In this document: piece by piece, positions 1 to 12,522 of the stretch
Position numbering within the stretch: the first letter of the stretch is position 1
Layout: the number at the start of each line of letters is the position of its first letter
DNA from: Chiloscyllium plagiosum
Taxonomy: Eukaryota
Direction: 5' to 3'
Assembly (NCBI RefSeq): GCF_004010195.1
Contig: NC_057750.1
Location: 5,006,352 to 5,070,351, forward strand
DNA length: 64,000 nt
Program-made: the position numbers and the translations under genes
Notes under the pieces: generated by a model
Database searches by the model: none
What the model was told of the DNA's origin: nothing
Seen by the model: the letters and a program-made list of their open reading frames with translations, nothing else

Positions 1-582
1 TTTACTCACTCCTCAAACACTCTGAAAGGAAGAATTTCCAACTTCAGCAAAGACCTAGTCCAATTGATTGGCTATCAAATTGTTAATGTGATTAACAGCG
101 ACGTGATTCTGCCAAAACCAGAAAGAACTGAGAGCGAGAAAGAGAAAGACTCAACTGATTCCATTCCTGGGTTTGGGCTCTTGAACCACAGAATTTGTCA
201 AGTTTTGGCCATGTTTTCCAGCCATGATATTTCTGCAGAACTGCATCACCTGTCCTACTTATGAACGAATGGGTGTATGCTTGAGCTTAAAATAGATGTA
301 GTTTAAGTTAGCATGGGTAATTTACAAAAAAAATCATTTGCACTTGTTAAAGTCTAATTTTGTTTATAATGAAGAAATATTGTTTTGTTTATTGACTGCC
401 AAGACCTCAATTCAACACAATCTGCTGCAGAGCCATTAAGGAATACAAATAAAGGGGCAACGTGACCCATCTCCCCTGTGATATCTCTCCAAAAGTGCTA
501 TCAATCCAATTAGTCCTATATTTCACTTTAATGCTACATGTTTTGTTTTAAAATTCCTTCTTCAGAAGACTTTTTATTGAGC

Positions 583-1110
583 CAGAGAGTCATCCAGCAC
601 AGCAACAGACCCTTCGGCCCAACCAGTCCATGCTGACCATAATCACAAAGTAAACTAGTCCCACCTGCCTGTTCCTGGCGCATATCCCTCCAAACCTTTC
701 CTATTTATGTACCTATCCAAATATCTTTTAAATATTGTAACTATACCCACATCCACCCCTTCATCAGGGGGTTCATTCCACACGTGAACCACCCTCTGTG
801 GAAAACATTTGCCCCTCGTCTTTTTTAAATCTCTCTCCTCTCACCTTAAAAATGTGCACCCTAGTTTGGAATCCCCCATCCTAGAGAAAGGCAATTACTG
901 CTAACCCCTCACTATTTTATAAACCTCTATAAGGTTGCCTCTCAACCTCCTACACTCCAAGGAAAAACATCCCAGCCCATTCAGCTTCTCCTTATAACTC
1001 AAACCTTCCAAACACAAAAGCCTCCTGGTAAATCTCTATTGAATCCTCTCCAGCTTAATAATATAATTTCTATAACTGGGTGACCAGAACTGGACACCAT
1101 ACTCCAGTAC
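583..1110 (-). mobile_element. CR1-type LINE 3' fragment
   Basis: Reverse complement of the CR1 3' end also seen at 4500-4657 and 30400-30784. Confidence 0.8.
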
Positions 1111-2029
1111 TCCCTGAAAGAATTGCTTAATTAGCATTTGTAAATCCCCTTTCTCTATCTCACAACATAACGTTTGATTTTGTTGTTGAAATTTTAAATG
1201 TCAACCGTTCTTTCGTGTTCTGTAATCCTTTTCCTTTCCAGGAGGGGAACAATTGCACACAGAAGTTGCCACACTCTCAGTTAACAAATCACCCCTACAG
1301 CCTCAGCTCCAATGACAGGGAAACAGAATATACTCAGAAGCTGGTAAACTGGTAACGTGCTCCAAAAAAGCAAAATTGCTGGAAATCTGAAAGAACAACA
1401 GAAAATGCTGGAGAAATTCAGCAGGTCTGGTAGCATCTGTGGGGAGAGGGAAAGAGTTAACATTTTGACCTTTCAGAGCTGAAGAAAGTTTGAAGTGTGG
1501 TATGCTTAATATCGTTGATAGTGTTGAGACGGAGAAGAACAAAGGGGGACTTCTGAGTTGGGGTAAAATGTGGGCGAGATTAAATGACTGAAGTAGGAAA
1601 CAATACTAAATGCAATGGGTAAGGTGAAAGAAATAAAATCTGGAGTGTCTAGACTTGTCTAAAGTGAATATGAAATATAAACTGCGCTCTCTGAAAAACA
1701 AGAAAACTCTCCAAAGCAGCTGTGTGTACGATCCACAAAATGCATGGCAGAAATTCACCAAGGCTCCTTTGACAGCACTGTGTAAACCCCTAACCTCTAC
1801 CACCCCAAAGGATAAGGGCAGCCGCCGCATTGGAATGCCCCCACCTGCAAGTTCCCCGTCCAAGATACACACCATCCTGATTTGGAAATACCTTTCTGTT
1901 CCTTCATTATCCTAGAACTGCCTTCCTCATGGGTGCCCCACACCAAGCAGATTGCAGTGGTTCAAAGAAAGCAGGTCACCCCCATCTTCTCAAGGGCAGT
2001 TAGGGATGGGCAATAAATATTACTCTTCC

Positions 2030-4657
2030 TACATTACAGATGAACTCGGCATGGTTCAGAACATGGGACTGGGATATCATAGCAATTACAGAGACATGGC
2101 TCAGGGATGGACAGGACTGAATCCAGGATACAAATACTACAGGAAGGAAGGAAAGGGAGGCAAGAGAGGAGGGGGGATTGGCATTTTTGATAAGGGATAG
2201 CATTGCAGCTGTACTGAGGGAGGATATTCCTGGAAATACATCCAGGGAAGTTATTTGAGTGGAACTGAGAAATAAGAAAGGGATGATCACCTTATAGGGA
2301 TTGTATTATAGATCCCCTAATAGTCAGAGGGAAATTGAGAAACAGATTTGTAAGGAGATCAGTCAGAGGGAAATTGAGAAACAGATTTGTAAGGAGATCT
2401 CAGCTATCTGGAAGAATAATAGGGTGGTTATGGTAGGGTATTTTAACTTTCCAAACAGACTGGGACTGCCATAGTGTTAAAGGTTTAGATGGAGAGGAAT
2501 TTGTTAAGTGTGTACAAGAAAATGTTCTGATTCAATATGTGGATGTACCTACTAGAGGAGGTGCAAAACTTGACCTACTCTTGGGAAATAAGGCAGGGCA
2601 GGTGACTGAGGTGTCAGTGGGAGAGCACTTTGGGGCCAGCAACCATAATTCTATTCGTTTTAAAATAGTGATGGAAAAGGATAGACCAGATCTGAAAGTT
2701 GAAGTTCTAATTTGGAGATAGGCCAATTTTGACGGTATTAGGCAAGAACTTTCAAAAGCTGATTGGGGGCAGATGTTCGCAGGTAAAGGGGCGGCTGGAA
2801 AATGGGAAGCCTTCAGAAATGAGATAACAAGAATCCAGAGAAGGTATATTCCTGTCAGGGTGAAAGGGAAGGCTGGTAGGTATAGGGAATGCTGGATGGC
2901 TAAAGAAATTGAGGGTTTGGTTAAGTAAAAGAAGGAAGTATGTGTCAGGTATAGACAGGAGAGATCAAAGTGAATCCTTAGAAGAGTATAAAGGCAGTTG
3001 GATTATACTTAAGAGGGATATCAGGAGGGCAAAATGGGGACATGAGATAGCTTTGGCAAATAGAATTAAGGAGAATCCAAAGGGTTTTTCCAAATGCATT
3101 AAGGACAAAAGGGTAACTAGGGAGAGAATAGGGCCCCTCAAAGATCGGCAAGGCGGCCTTTGTGTGGAGATGGGGGAGATACTAAACGAGTATTTTGCAT
3201 CAGTATTTACTGTGGAAAAGGGCAAGGAAGATATAGAATGTAGGGAAATAGATGGTGACATCTTGAAAAATGTCCATGTTACAGAGGAGGAAGTGCTGGA
3301 TGTCTTGAAAGACATAAAAGTGGATAAATCCCCAGGACCTGATCAGAGGTACCCCAGAACTCGGTGGGACGCTAGAGAAGTGATTGCTGGGCCTCTTGCT
3401 GAGATATTTGTATCATCAATAGTCACAGGTGAGGTGCCAGAAGACTGGAGGTTGACTAACGTGGTGCCACTGTTTAAGAAGGGTGGTAAGGACAAGCCAG
3501 GGAGCTATAGACCAGTGAGCCTGACGTCAGTGGTGGGCAAGTTGTTGGAGAGAATCCTGAGGGACAGGATGTACATGTATTTGGAAAGGCAAGGACTGAT
3601 TAGGGATAGTCAACATGGCTTTGTGCATGGGAAATCATGTCTCACAAACTTGATTGAGTTTTTTGAATAAGTAACAAAAAGGATAAATGAGGGCAGAGCA
3701 GTGGATATGATCTATATGGACTTCAGTAAGGCATTCGACAAGGTTTCCCCACAGGAGACCGGTTGCAAGGTTACATCTCAAGGAATACAGGGTGAACTAG
3801 CCATTTGGATGCAGAACTGACTCAAAGGTAGAAGACAGAGGGTGGTGACGGAGGGTTTTTCAGACTAGAAGCCTGTGACTAGTGGAGTGTCACAAGGATC
3901 GGTGCTGGGTCTACAACTGTTCATCATTTATATAAATGATTTGGATGTGAGCATAAGAGGTATTGTTAGTAATTTGCAGATCACACCAAAATTGGAGGTG
4001 TAGTGGACAACGAAGAAGGTTACCTCAGATTACAACAGAATCTTGATCAAATGGGCCAACGGGTAGTTGGAGTTTAATTTAGATAAATGTGAGGTGCTGC
4101 ATTTTGGGAAATCAAACCTTAGTGAGACTTATTCACTTAATGGTAAGGTCCTAGGGAGTATTGCTGAACAAAAGGATCTTGTGTAGATTCATAGCTCCTT
4201 GAAAGTGGAGTCACAGGTAGATAGGATAATGTAGAAGATGTTTGGTATGCTTTCCTTTATTGGTCAGAGTACTGAGTACAGGGGTTGGGAGGTCATGCTG
4301 CAGCTGTACAGGACATTGATTAGGCCACTTTTGAATATTGTGTGCAATTCTGGTCTCCTTCCTATCGGAAAGATGTTGTGAAACTTGAAAGGGTTCAGAA
4401 AAGATTTACAAGGATGTTGTCAGGGTTGGAGGATTTGAGCTCCAGGGAGAGGCTGAACAGGCTGGGGCTATTGGAGGCTAGCACAATTGCAATGTTTAAA
4501 AGGCACCTGGATGGATATATGAATAGGAAGGGTTTAGAGGGATACGGGCCAGGTACTAGGAGGTGGGACAAGACTGGGTTGAGATATCTGGTCGGCATGG
4601 TTGAGTTGGACCGAAAAGTCTGTTTCCATGCTGTACATCTCTTTGATTATGACTCTA
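2030..4657 (+). mobile_element. 5'-truncated CR1 LINE, decayed ORF2 (endonuclease remnant plus reverse transcriptase)
   Basis: Translations PTRGGAKLDLLL, KSPGPD, VPEDWR...NVVPLFKKG...YRPVSLTSVVGK, QHGF...SCLTNL, VQFWSP; many stops and frameshifts; 39-nt internal duplication at 2322-2399; (gactctat) tail. Confidence 0.95.
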
Positions 4658-4664
4658 TTACACT

Positions 4665-4865
4665 GTCAGAAGTCACATGACACCAGGTTATAGTCCAACA
4701 GGTTTATTTGAAATCACAAGCTTTGGAGCGCAGACACTTCACCTGACGAAGGAGCAGCGCTCCGAAAACTTGTGATTTCAAATAAACCTGTTGGACTATA
4801 ACCTGGTGTCCTGTGACATTTAACCTTGTCCACCGCAGTCCAACACCAGCACCTCCATATCTTGG
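4665..4865. mobile_element. Palindromic Penelope-type short element (family A)
   Basis: Inverted repeats acaccaggttatagtccaacaggtttatttg / caaataaacctgttggactataacctggtgt; six copies in the window. Confidence 0.75.
4740..4774 (+). ncRNA. Minimal type-I hammerhead ribozyme motif (family A)
   Basis: cac-CTGACGA-a-GGAGC-agc-GCTCC-GAAA-ac-TT/gtg; stems I and II pair. Confidence 0.65.
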
Positions 4866-5699
4866 CTACATTACAAGGTGAGTGGCAAGTAACTCCCCTC
4901 CTGTCACCCCAAAGCTTTTCCCACCATCTACCAGGCACAAGTCGGGAGTGTGATGGAATATTCCCCACTTTCCCTGGATGGGGACAGCTACAACAACACT
5001 CGAAGGCTCAACACCATCCAGGACAAAGCAGTCCCCACTTGATTGGCACCACATCCACAAACATCCACTCCCCCCACTACCAACGCTCAGTAGCAGCAGT
5101 ATGTACCATCTGCAAGACGCACTGCAGCGACTCACTGAAGATCCTCAGACAGCACCTTCCAAATCCACAAACTCTTTCATCTTGAAGGACAAGAGCAGCA
5201 GAGACATGGGAATAGAGGCAGGCCATTCAGCTCCTTGAGCCTATTCTACCATGAGATCATGGCTGATCCATGGCCAAACCCCAAACACCTGCCATCCGAC
5301 TGTACCCTTTACAACCTTTGCTTAACAAAAATCTCAGATTTAAAATTGCCAACTCATCCAGCATTTACGCCACCAGCAGCTGCAAGTTCCCCTCTGAGCC
5401 ACACGCCACGCTGACTGAGAAATATATCTCTGTTCATTCCGTGTCGCTGGGTCAAAGTCCTGGGCATACCTCCCTCAGATCAGATGGACTGGAGCGATTC
5501 AGGAAGATACGTCCCACCATAGCAATGAGGGATGGAAGGGCTGGTGTGGTCAGCAATGCTGCACACTGGGAGGAAATTAAAATACAAAGATCCAGTCCTG
5601 ACACAGGAAACAATCAGACTGGACGACAAAGTTCGTGGTCTGAAGTCGCTGATCTTGATATTGAGTTCAGAGGGTTTAACAGTGCCTCAGATAATGAGG

Positions 5700-5915
5700 T
5701 TAAGAGTGTGGTGCTGGAAAAGCAGATCAGGCAGCATCCGAGGTTCAGGAAAATCGATGTTTCGGGCAAAAGCTCTTCATCAGGATCTTCATTCCTGATG
5801 AAGGGCTTTTGCCCGAAACGTCCATCCTCCTGCCCTTCGGATGCTGCCTGACCTGCTGTGTTTTTCCAGTGCCACCCTCTCGACTCTGATCTCCAGCATC
5901 TGCAGGCCTCACTTT
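5700..5915. mobile_element. Penelope-type short element (family B), inverted arrangement with two hammerhead-like motifs
   Basis: gctggaaaagcag...cagcatccgag on the left is complemented on the right; CTGATGA...GAAA cores at 5791-5826 (+) and 5752-5787 (-). Confidence 0.7.
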
Positions 5916-5982
5916 TGCTCAGACAATGAGGAGTCATTCCTCAAGCTTGGGATCAGCTTCATCAAACTGTGCCTGTGCAAGG

Positions 5983-6217
5983 GGTGGCACAGTGGCTCAG
6001 TGGCTAGCACTGCTCCCTCACAGCGCCAGGGGTTCGATCCCACCCTCGGGTGACTGTGTGGAGTTTGCCCTTCTCCCCAGTGATTGCATGGGTTTCCTCC
6101 CACAGCCCAAATGTGTGCAGGCTAGGTGGGTTGGTCATAGGAAATGCAGGGGGATAGGGGTGGGTCTGCATGGAATCAATGGGCTAAATGGCCTGCTTTC
6201 ACATTGTAGGGATTCTG
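5983..6217 (+). mobile_element. tRNA-derived V-SINE (HE1-like)
   Basis: A-box tggctcagtgg, B-box ggttcgatccc, body gactgtgtggagtttgc, tail tgtagggattct. Confidence 0.85.
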
Positions 6218-7000
6218 TGAGACAGTTCATGCTGGCACCTCTAGCATCTGCCAGCATTCACCTCAAGATTCGGGTGGGATTTAAACTCAGATCCTTTGAA
6301 CATTAGCTGAGTCTCTAGGTTAATAATTTAATGATAGCCCTAATAGGCCACTGCCCATTAGCTGAGTCTCCGGATTAATAATCTAATAATAGCCCTAATA
6401 AACTACTGCCTAGTGTTTTTGTCTTTATTATAAAGTAAGGAGGAGTAGGAATAATAATAGTTTAACACCTGCTTTATTTTTCAATTATCATGGAAGAGGC
6501 ATGTGTTGCTTCGGATATCTCCTCCACCATCGCCTTTACTGTATTTACCCAGTGAATTATGTGTGAACCTCAGTGCAATGTTCCGACACCTTCTGCAGAA
6601 TGTGGCCACGTGACACTGAGCACACATTCGGAAATAGTTGATTATTGAGTTGAGTTTTCAACCACTCCCCATGTTAACATCACCACTGGGTTTGCCTGCA
6701 CTGGAAAAGCATTTCAGAAAGAGCCGTTCTAGTCTGGTTTGTACAGGGTCGTTGAATCTCCTTAAAGCGGAGGTCCATAGATTCCTGACTAACGGGAATA
6801 GTTCTAGAGGACTGTAGGGCTGCTCTGTCATTAGAGAGAGAGAGAGAGACGACTGGTGGAGATTTAACCTGAGAGTCACCACGCCTCAGGCGAGGGGAGA
6901 CATTGGGGTGGTCGGACCCTGGGGAGTTAGTGGTTCTCAGGAATGGATGGGAATATGAACTACATTCCCCATTTTCAAAGGTTTGCTTTACAAAAAAGGC

Positions 7001-7036
7001 ATTCCTGAAGAAGGGCCTGTGCCCGAAACGTCGAAT
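7001..7036 (+). ncRNA. Minimal type-I hammerhead ribozyme motif (family B), intact
   Basis: attc-CTGAAGA-a-GGGC-ctgt-GCCC-GAAA-cg-TC/gaat; perfect 4-bp stem I and stem II; palindromic ACGT at helix III. Confidence 0.75.
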
Positions 7037-7139
7037 CTCCTGTTCCCTGGATGCTGCCTGACCTGCTGTGCTGTTCCAGCAATAAAGTTTCAACTTTGAT
7101 CTCCAGCATCTGCAGACCTCACTTTCTCCTTACAAAAAA

Positions 7140-7313
7140 CCTACATTAGTATCCATTTTCGTTAACCGAAAGAAGTCCGAAGAGGATTTTCGCTTTTACG
7201 ATAATAATTTATCCCGTATAAATTAATGGTAATCGTTTCTTCGCTTTTCACTATTTCGGCTTACGAAAGGTTTCGTAGGAGCGCTGTACTTTCGGATAGC
7301 GGGAGAATCCTGC
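7140..7313 (-). mobile_element. Tigger/pogo-like DNA transposon terminal fragment
   Basis: CpG-rich AT segment; minus strand caggattctcccgctatccgaaagtacagcgctcctacgaaacctttcgtaagccgaaat resembles Tigger/MER47-type ends (recalled, not searched). Confidence 0.5.
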
Positions 7314-7384
7314 ACTCAGATCAACTATGAGCTTACTGAATGGGCTAGAGGGATTGGTTGGCCTAATCCTGCTCCTAATTCATT

Positions 7385-7588
7385 TGATGTGGAGGTGCCG
7401 GTGTTGGACAGGGGTGGGCATGGTCAGAAGTCACATGACACCAGGTTATAGTCCAACAGGTTTATTTGAAATCACAAGCTTTCGGAGCGCTGCCCCTTCA
7501 TTGAGTGAAAATCCTGCAGCGCTCCGAAAGCTTGTAATTTTAAATAAATCTGTTGGACTATAACCCGGTGTCATGTGACTTCTGACCT
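7385..7588. mobile_element. Palindromic element family A
   Basis: Same inverted repeats as 4665-4865. Confidence 0.75.
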
Positions 7589-7655
7589 AACTCGAATGTT
7601 CATCTAGAGCATCTAAAGAGTGAAGATTTATGTCCAGCTCACTGCTGTGAGCAAT

Positions 7656-7947
7656 TTAGATTAGATTCCCTACAGTATGGAAACAGGCCCTTCGGCCCAA
7701 CAAGTACACACTGACCCTCTGGAGAGTAACCCACCCTTACCCATTTTTCTCTGACTAATGCACCTATAACACTATGGGAAGTTTAGCACGTCCAATTCAC
7801 TTGGCCTGCACCTCTTTGGAATGTGGGAGGAAACCCACGCAGACACGGGGAGAACGTACAAACTCCACACACAGTCGCCTGAGGCTGAAATCAAACCCAG
7901 GTCCCTGGCGCTGTGAGACAGCAGTGGTAACCACTGAGCCACCGTGA
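7656..7947 (-). mobile_element. V-SINE (HE1-like)
   Basis: Reverse complement of tRNA head, body and (aatct)n tail. Confidence 0.85.
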
Positions 7948-8609
7948 GACACATCCTAGAAAAGTCAGCAAAATGTCCATAATTTTCCTCCCCCCACATC
8001 TCTGAACACAACTGCGGGTGATTGAAACCCTGAGATGGACAGGAAAGAATCATCTAAAGGAAATCCTTTAGCCACCCAAAAGCTATAGGGGAGGTGAGGT
8101 GATAGTGTCAGACAGCACGACGGAGGGTATTCTCGGTGTGGGGATGGGCTTTTGTCTCCGAGGGACTGTGCTGTGGTCACTCTCACCAATAAGGTCATGG
8201 ATGGAATGACCTGTGGTGTGCAGATTGCGTGAGGATGAGACCAAGAGACCAGAGAATAGTCAGCTTTCCTGGGGAACACCCAGCGTGGAGGGTCTGCAGG
8301 CCCAAGGTTTAAGAAAGGATTGTAATGTTTAACTTAGTTTGGGATTATATTCAGCATGGATTGGTTGGGCTGAAGTGTCTGTTTCTGTGCTGTATGACTT
8401 TATGACTCTATAAGACTGTAGTGCTAAACTTGCTAATTTACTTTGTTATCCATCTACTTCTGGTACTAAGATGATTTTTTACCTCTGTAGTTTGTACCTA
8501 AGATGGTGCCGTGTGTGGTGATATTGTACACATTTCACCGTGCTTGAGTACATGTGGCAATGAAACCTAAATCCTATCTACCTGCCTTGCTAGATTAATG
8601 GACTGGTAG

Positions 8610-9145
8610 GTACACAAGTCAGGAGTGTGAGGGGATACTCCCCACTTGCCCTGGATGGGGGCAGCCCCAACAACACTCAAGAAGCTCGACACGATCCAGG
8701 ACAAAGCAGCCCCCGCTTGATTGGCATCACATCCACAAATGTCACTCGCTCCACCGCCAACACTCAGTAGCAGCAGGGTGTACCGTCTACAAAGATGCAC
8801 TGTAGAAATTCACCAAATATCCTCAGACAGCACCTTCCAAACCCATGACCACTTCCACCTGGAAGGACAAGGGCAACAGATACATGGGAACACCATCCCC
8901 TGCAAGTTCCCTTTCACTCACCATCCTGACTTGGAAACATATCGGCGTTCCTTCAGTGTCACTGGGTCAAAATCCTTGAATTCCCTCCCTCAGGGCATTG
9001 TGGGTCAACCCACAGCAGGTGAACTGCAGCGGTTCAAGAAGGCAGCTCACCCCCACATTCTCAAGGGGCAACTAGGGACGGGCAATAAATGCTAGGCCCA
9101 GCCAGCGATACCCACGTCCCGCAAAATGAATAAATAAAAAAAAAA
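8610..9145 (+). mobile_element. LINE-derived 3' dispersed repeat (also ~1720-2020, 4935-5560, 60930-61100)
   Basis: Shared blocks accatccaggacaaagcagc, gacagcaccttccaaac, ttcaagaaggcagctcacc; A-rich tail. Confidence 0.7.
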
Positions 9146-11732
9146 CGCGCCCGGAACCCTTGGTGCTTCCCAGGGTCCATTCGCGACTCTCCGGAAAAAC
9201 AGCACCTTTGAAAATACTATGTCCCCCCCCACTCCGAATCAACTCAGACATTTCGTCCTGGAGTGGGTCTTGACACCCACGATGCTGTCCATGCAGAGGC
9301 AGAGAGAGGGTGGCGTGCGGCTTGGACTGATCACCTGCAACCGAGTTCAGAGCCACCCTCTGGGACAACAATGAGATCCCCCTCACCAAGCGCTTAGCCA
9401 GCTCGCTCATTCTCTGCCAGAATAGTTTCAGGGTGGCGCGGTTTAGCACCCGCCTCGCAACGAGAGTGGGCGAGATCATGAGCCATTGGCACTTTCACCT
9501 CTGAACAAACCTCCCCACCCCCATTCCCCTCAGTCCTTCCTCCTCCTGACTGAGGAGCTGAAGCCAGCTTCTCAATGGAAAGCACAAGCTCAAGTGGAAA
9601 CTGTGGTGGAAAATCACAGCGGGGCGGGGGATTGCCCCAGTATGTGAACTTTAACAGCAGCACTTTACACTTGTTGGCATGAACTTCTGATCATCTGGTT
9701 TCAAAAACACAGAGATATAGGTGTTGTTTTACACATTTTAATTTCTGCCAAAAAACTCCTATAAACGGCTGTCAAACTACAGAATTGTGAAGTGGTTGCA
9801 GTGCAGAAGAGTCCATTCAGCCCATCATATTGCTGTCTACAAATGATACCCATTCACTGATAGTCCCTCTACTGGATTCGCTGAGTTAGCGGAGACTGTG
9901 GGGCTGGAGCAGGAAAATGGATCAGCCCTTTTGAATAGCCAGTATTAGCAGGATGGGCCAAATGGCAGTCGACGGTCTGATGTGGTTCTGTAGACTGGAG
10001 CGTTTCTAATTCATTTCACCCCCAAACTGGTCTCTGTTCTTTCACCAGCCTGTCTCAAAGATAGTCTGCTGTATCTAAGCCTCTCAGCTCCTGTTACAGA
10101 CTCTTCCAAATCCCCTACTCGATCAAACCTTTGGTCTCCAGTCTCCTTGATTCTCAATACACTCCTGGGAGACACCATGGCCCTGTGAAAGGTGCTATAT
10201 AAATGGACGTTGTTGGGCGTAGATTGAGGATCAGCAACACGCCTCAACATCACATCTGATCAGTGAGTGGGGAGAATTTTACTCCCCCTCCCACAGACTC
10301 CCCCCACCCACTCCCCTCCCACAGACTCCCCCCAACCACTCCCTCCACCCACTTGCCCCAACAGCTGAGTTAGCCAATGGGAAATGCAGGGCTCTGGGGA
10401 GAGCTGTGTGTCTGGGCAGGATGCTCTTTGGAGGATCGGTGTGGACTCAATGGGCTGAATGGCCTGTTGCCACACTGTAGGGATTCTATTCTAAGCACAG
10501 GCAGACAACTCCTGACACTATAACCTGATGATCCCGAGCATCATCTAACTCAGTCCTGGATCCTACTTTCTCCCTTTAGCCCAAGACCTGTGCCTAACTC
10601 CTTGAAAACATTCAGTGTCTTGGCCTGGACCTATTTTCTGTCTCAGAGAATCCCACAGGCTCCCCCACTCTCTGGGTGAAGATCTTTCTCCCCGCCTCAG
10701 TCCCAAATGGCCTCCCCCATATCCTCAGGTTGTGACACCCTGGTTCCAGACTCCCTGATCATTGAGAACACCCTTCCTGTGTTCACCCAGTCCAGTCCCC
10801 TTAGAATGTTTTGGGTTTCTGTGAAATTGTCCCACCGCCCCATTCTTCTGAACTCCTAACTAATCACGTCTCTCCCCATAGGATGGTTCTGTCAATAAGA
10901 ATGTAACAAGTAGGGACAGGAGTAGGCCATTCAGCCCCTCACGCCTGCTCCCCCATTCAGTAGGGTCATGGCTGGTCTGACATTCCTCACGTCTACTCTC
11001 CTGTATTTTCACCACACCCCTTCATTTCCAGGTCATTCCTGGGCCATCCCAGTCTGGTAAACCTTCGCTGCACTCCCTCCGTCTTCAGAACATCCTTCCT
11101 CAGGTAAGGAGACCTCAACTGCACACAGTACTCCAGGGGTGGTCTCACCAAGGCCCCACAGGTCTCTCTTATCCACATCCCGTCCCGCGAGGTGCAGAAG
11201 CTTTCGATTCACCGTGACAAACCAGGAAATGTCACCCCCACCCCCTCCTCCAGGAGGAGGACATTCAGTCTGTCGGGTCTCTGCTAGCTCTCTGGGGGAG
11301 TCAGTCCCGCTCCCTGGGCTTCTCCCCACAGACCCTCACGTTCGCACTAGGGAGTGGACACAGCTGAGCACGAGGCTCAGTCCGAGCTGCTCTGAGTCTT
11401 CACATTCCCACATGCCATGCCGAAGTCAGCGTTTGGTATTCACTCCCCCACAGGGATCTCAGAGATCGACAACGTGGTTTGGAAGAAACAATCGAGATGA
11501 GAATGTGACAGAAAATGCTGTGCTGTCATTAGAGAAAGATGACTGGTGGTGGTTTAACCTCGGGGTCACCGTGCCTCAGGCAAAGGGAGAGGTTCAGAAG
11601 GAGAGTCCTTTGCGGTAATCTCCATTGGTGTGAGGATTGAACCCACGCTGTTGGCATCATCCTGTATCACCCCGTCCAGGTCAACCCTAACCCTGCAGGG
11701 TTATAGAGAGCACCAGCCAGATACAGAGAGAG

Positions 11733-12522
11733 AGACAGAGAGACACAAACACACCCCACTCCCCACACACACACCCCTCCATAAACACACACCACCCCCC
11801 ACAAATACCCCCCCAAACACACACATCCACACACACACCCACCCACACACACCCCTCCNNNNNNNNNNNNNNNNNNNNNNNNNNNNNNNNNNNNNNNNNN
11901 NNNNNNNNNNNNNNNNNNNNNNNNNNNNNNNNNNNNNNNNNNNNNNNNNNNNNNNNNNNNNNNNNNNNNNNNNNNNNNNNNNNNNNNNNNNNNNNNNNNN
12001 NNNNNNNNNNNNNNNNNNNNNNNNNNNNNNNNNNNNNNNNNNNNNNNNNNNNNNNNNNNNNNNNNNNNNNNNNNNNNNNNNNNNNNNNNNNNNNNNNNNN
12101 NNNNNNNNNNNNNNNNNNNNNNNNNNNNNNNNNNNNNNNNNNNNNNNNNNNNNNNNNNNNNNNNNNNNNNNNNNNNNNNNNNNNNNNNNNNNNNNNNNNN
12201 NNNNNNNNNNNNNNNNNNNNNNNNNNNNNNNNNNNNNNNNNNNNNNNNNNNNNNNNNNNNNNNNNNNNNNNNNNNNNNNNNNNNNNNNNNNNNNNNNNNN
12301 NNNNNNNNNNNNNNNNNNNNNNNNNNNNNNNNNNNNNNNNNNNNNNNNNNNNNNNNNNNNNNNNNNNNNNNNNNNNNNNNNNNNNNNNNNNNNNNNNNNN
12401 NNNNNAACACCCATTTACACACACAAACTCACAAACACACACATGTATGTAGACACACAGACACACAAAACAGATACATCCACATGCATAGGCACACAAA
12501 TATATGCACACAGACACACGCT
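11733..12522. repeat. (CA)n-rich low-complexity tract flanking gap 11859-12405
   Basis: Direct observation. Confidence 0.9.

Noticed and set aside
2909..3670. 253-aa reverse transcriptase ORF as a host gene or active element
   Set aside because: Fragment of a truncated CR1 with stops and frameshifts on both sides.
6480..6640. Minus-strand Cys-rich peptide MCAQCHVATFCRRCR as possible missing INSM fingers
   Set aside because: Spacing does not fit C2H2, there is no similarity to INSM fingers 3-5, and no supporting splice acceptor.
8110..8130. Partial RE1/NRSE-like motif cagcacgacggag (also gctgtccatg near 9285)
   Set aside because: Only half-site or mismatched matches, expected by chance.
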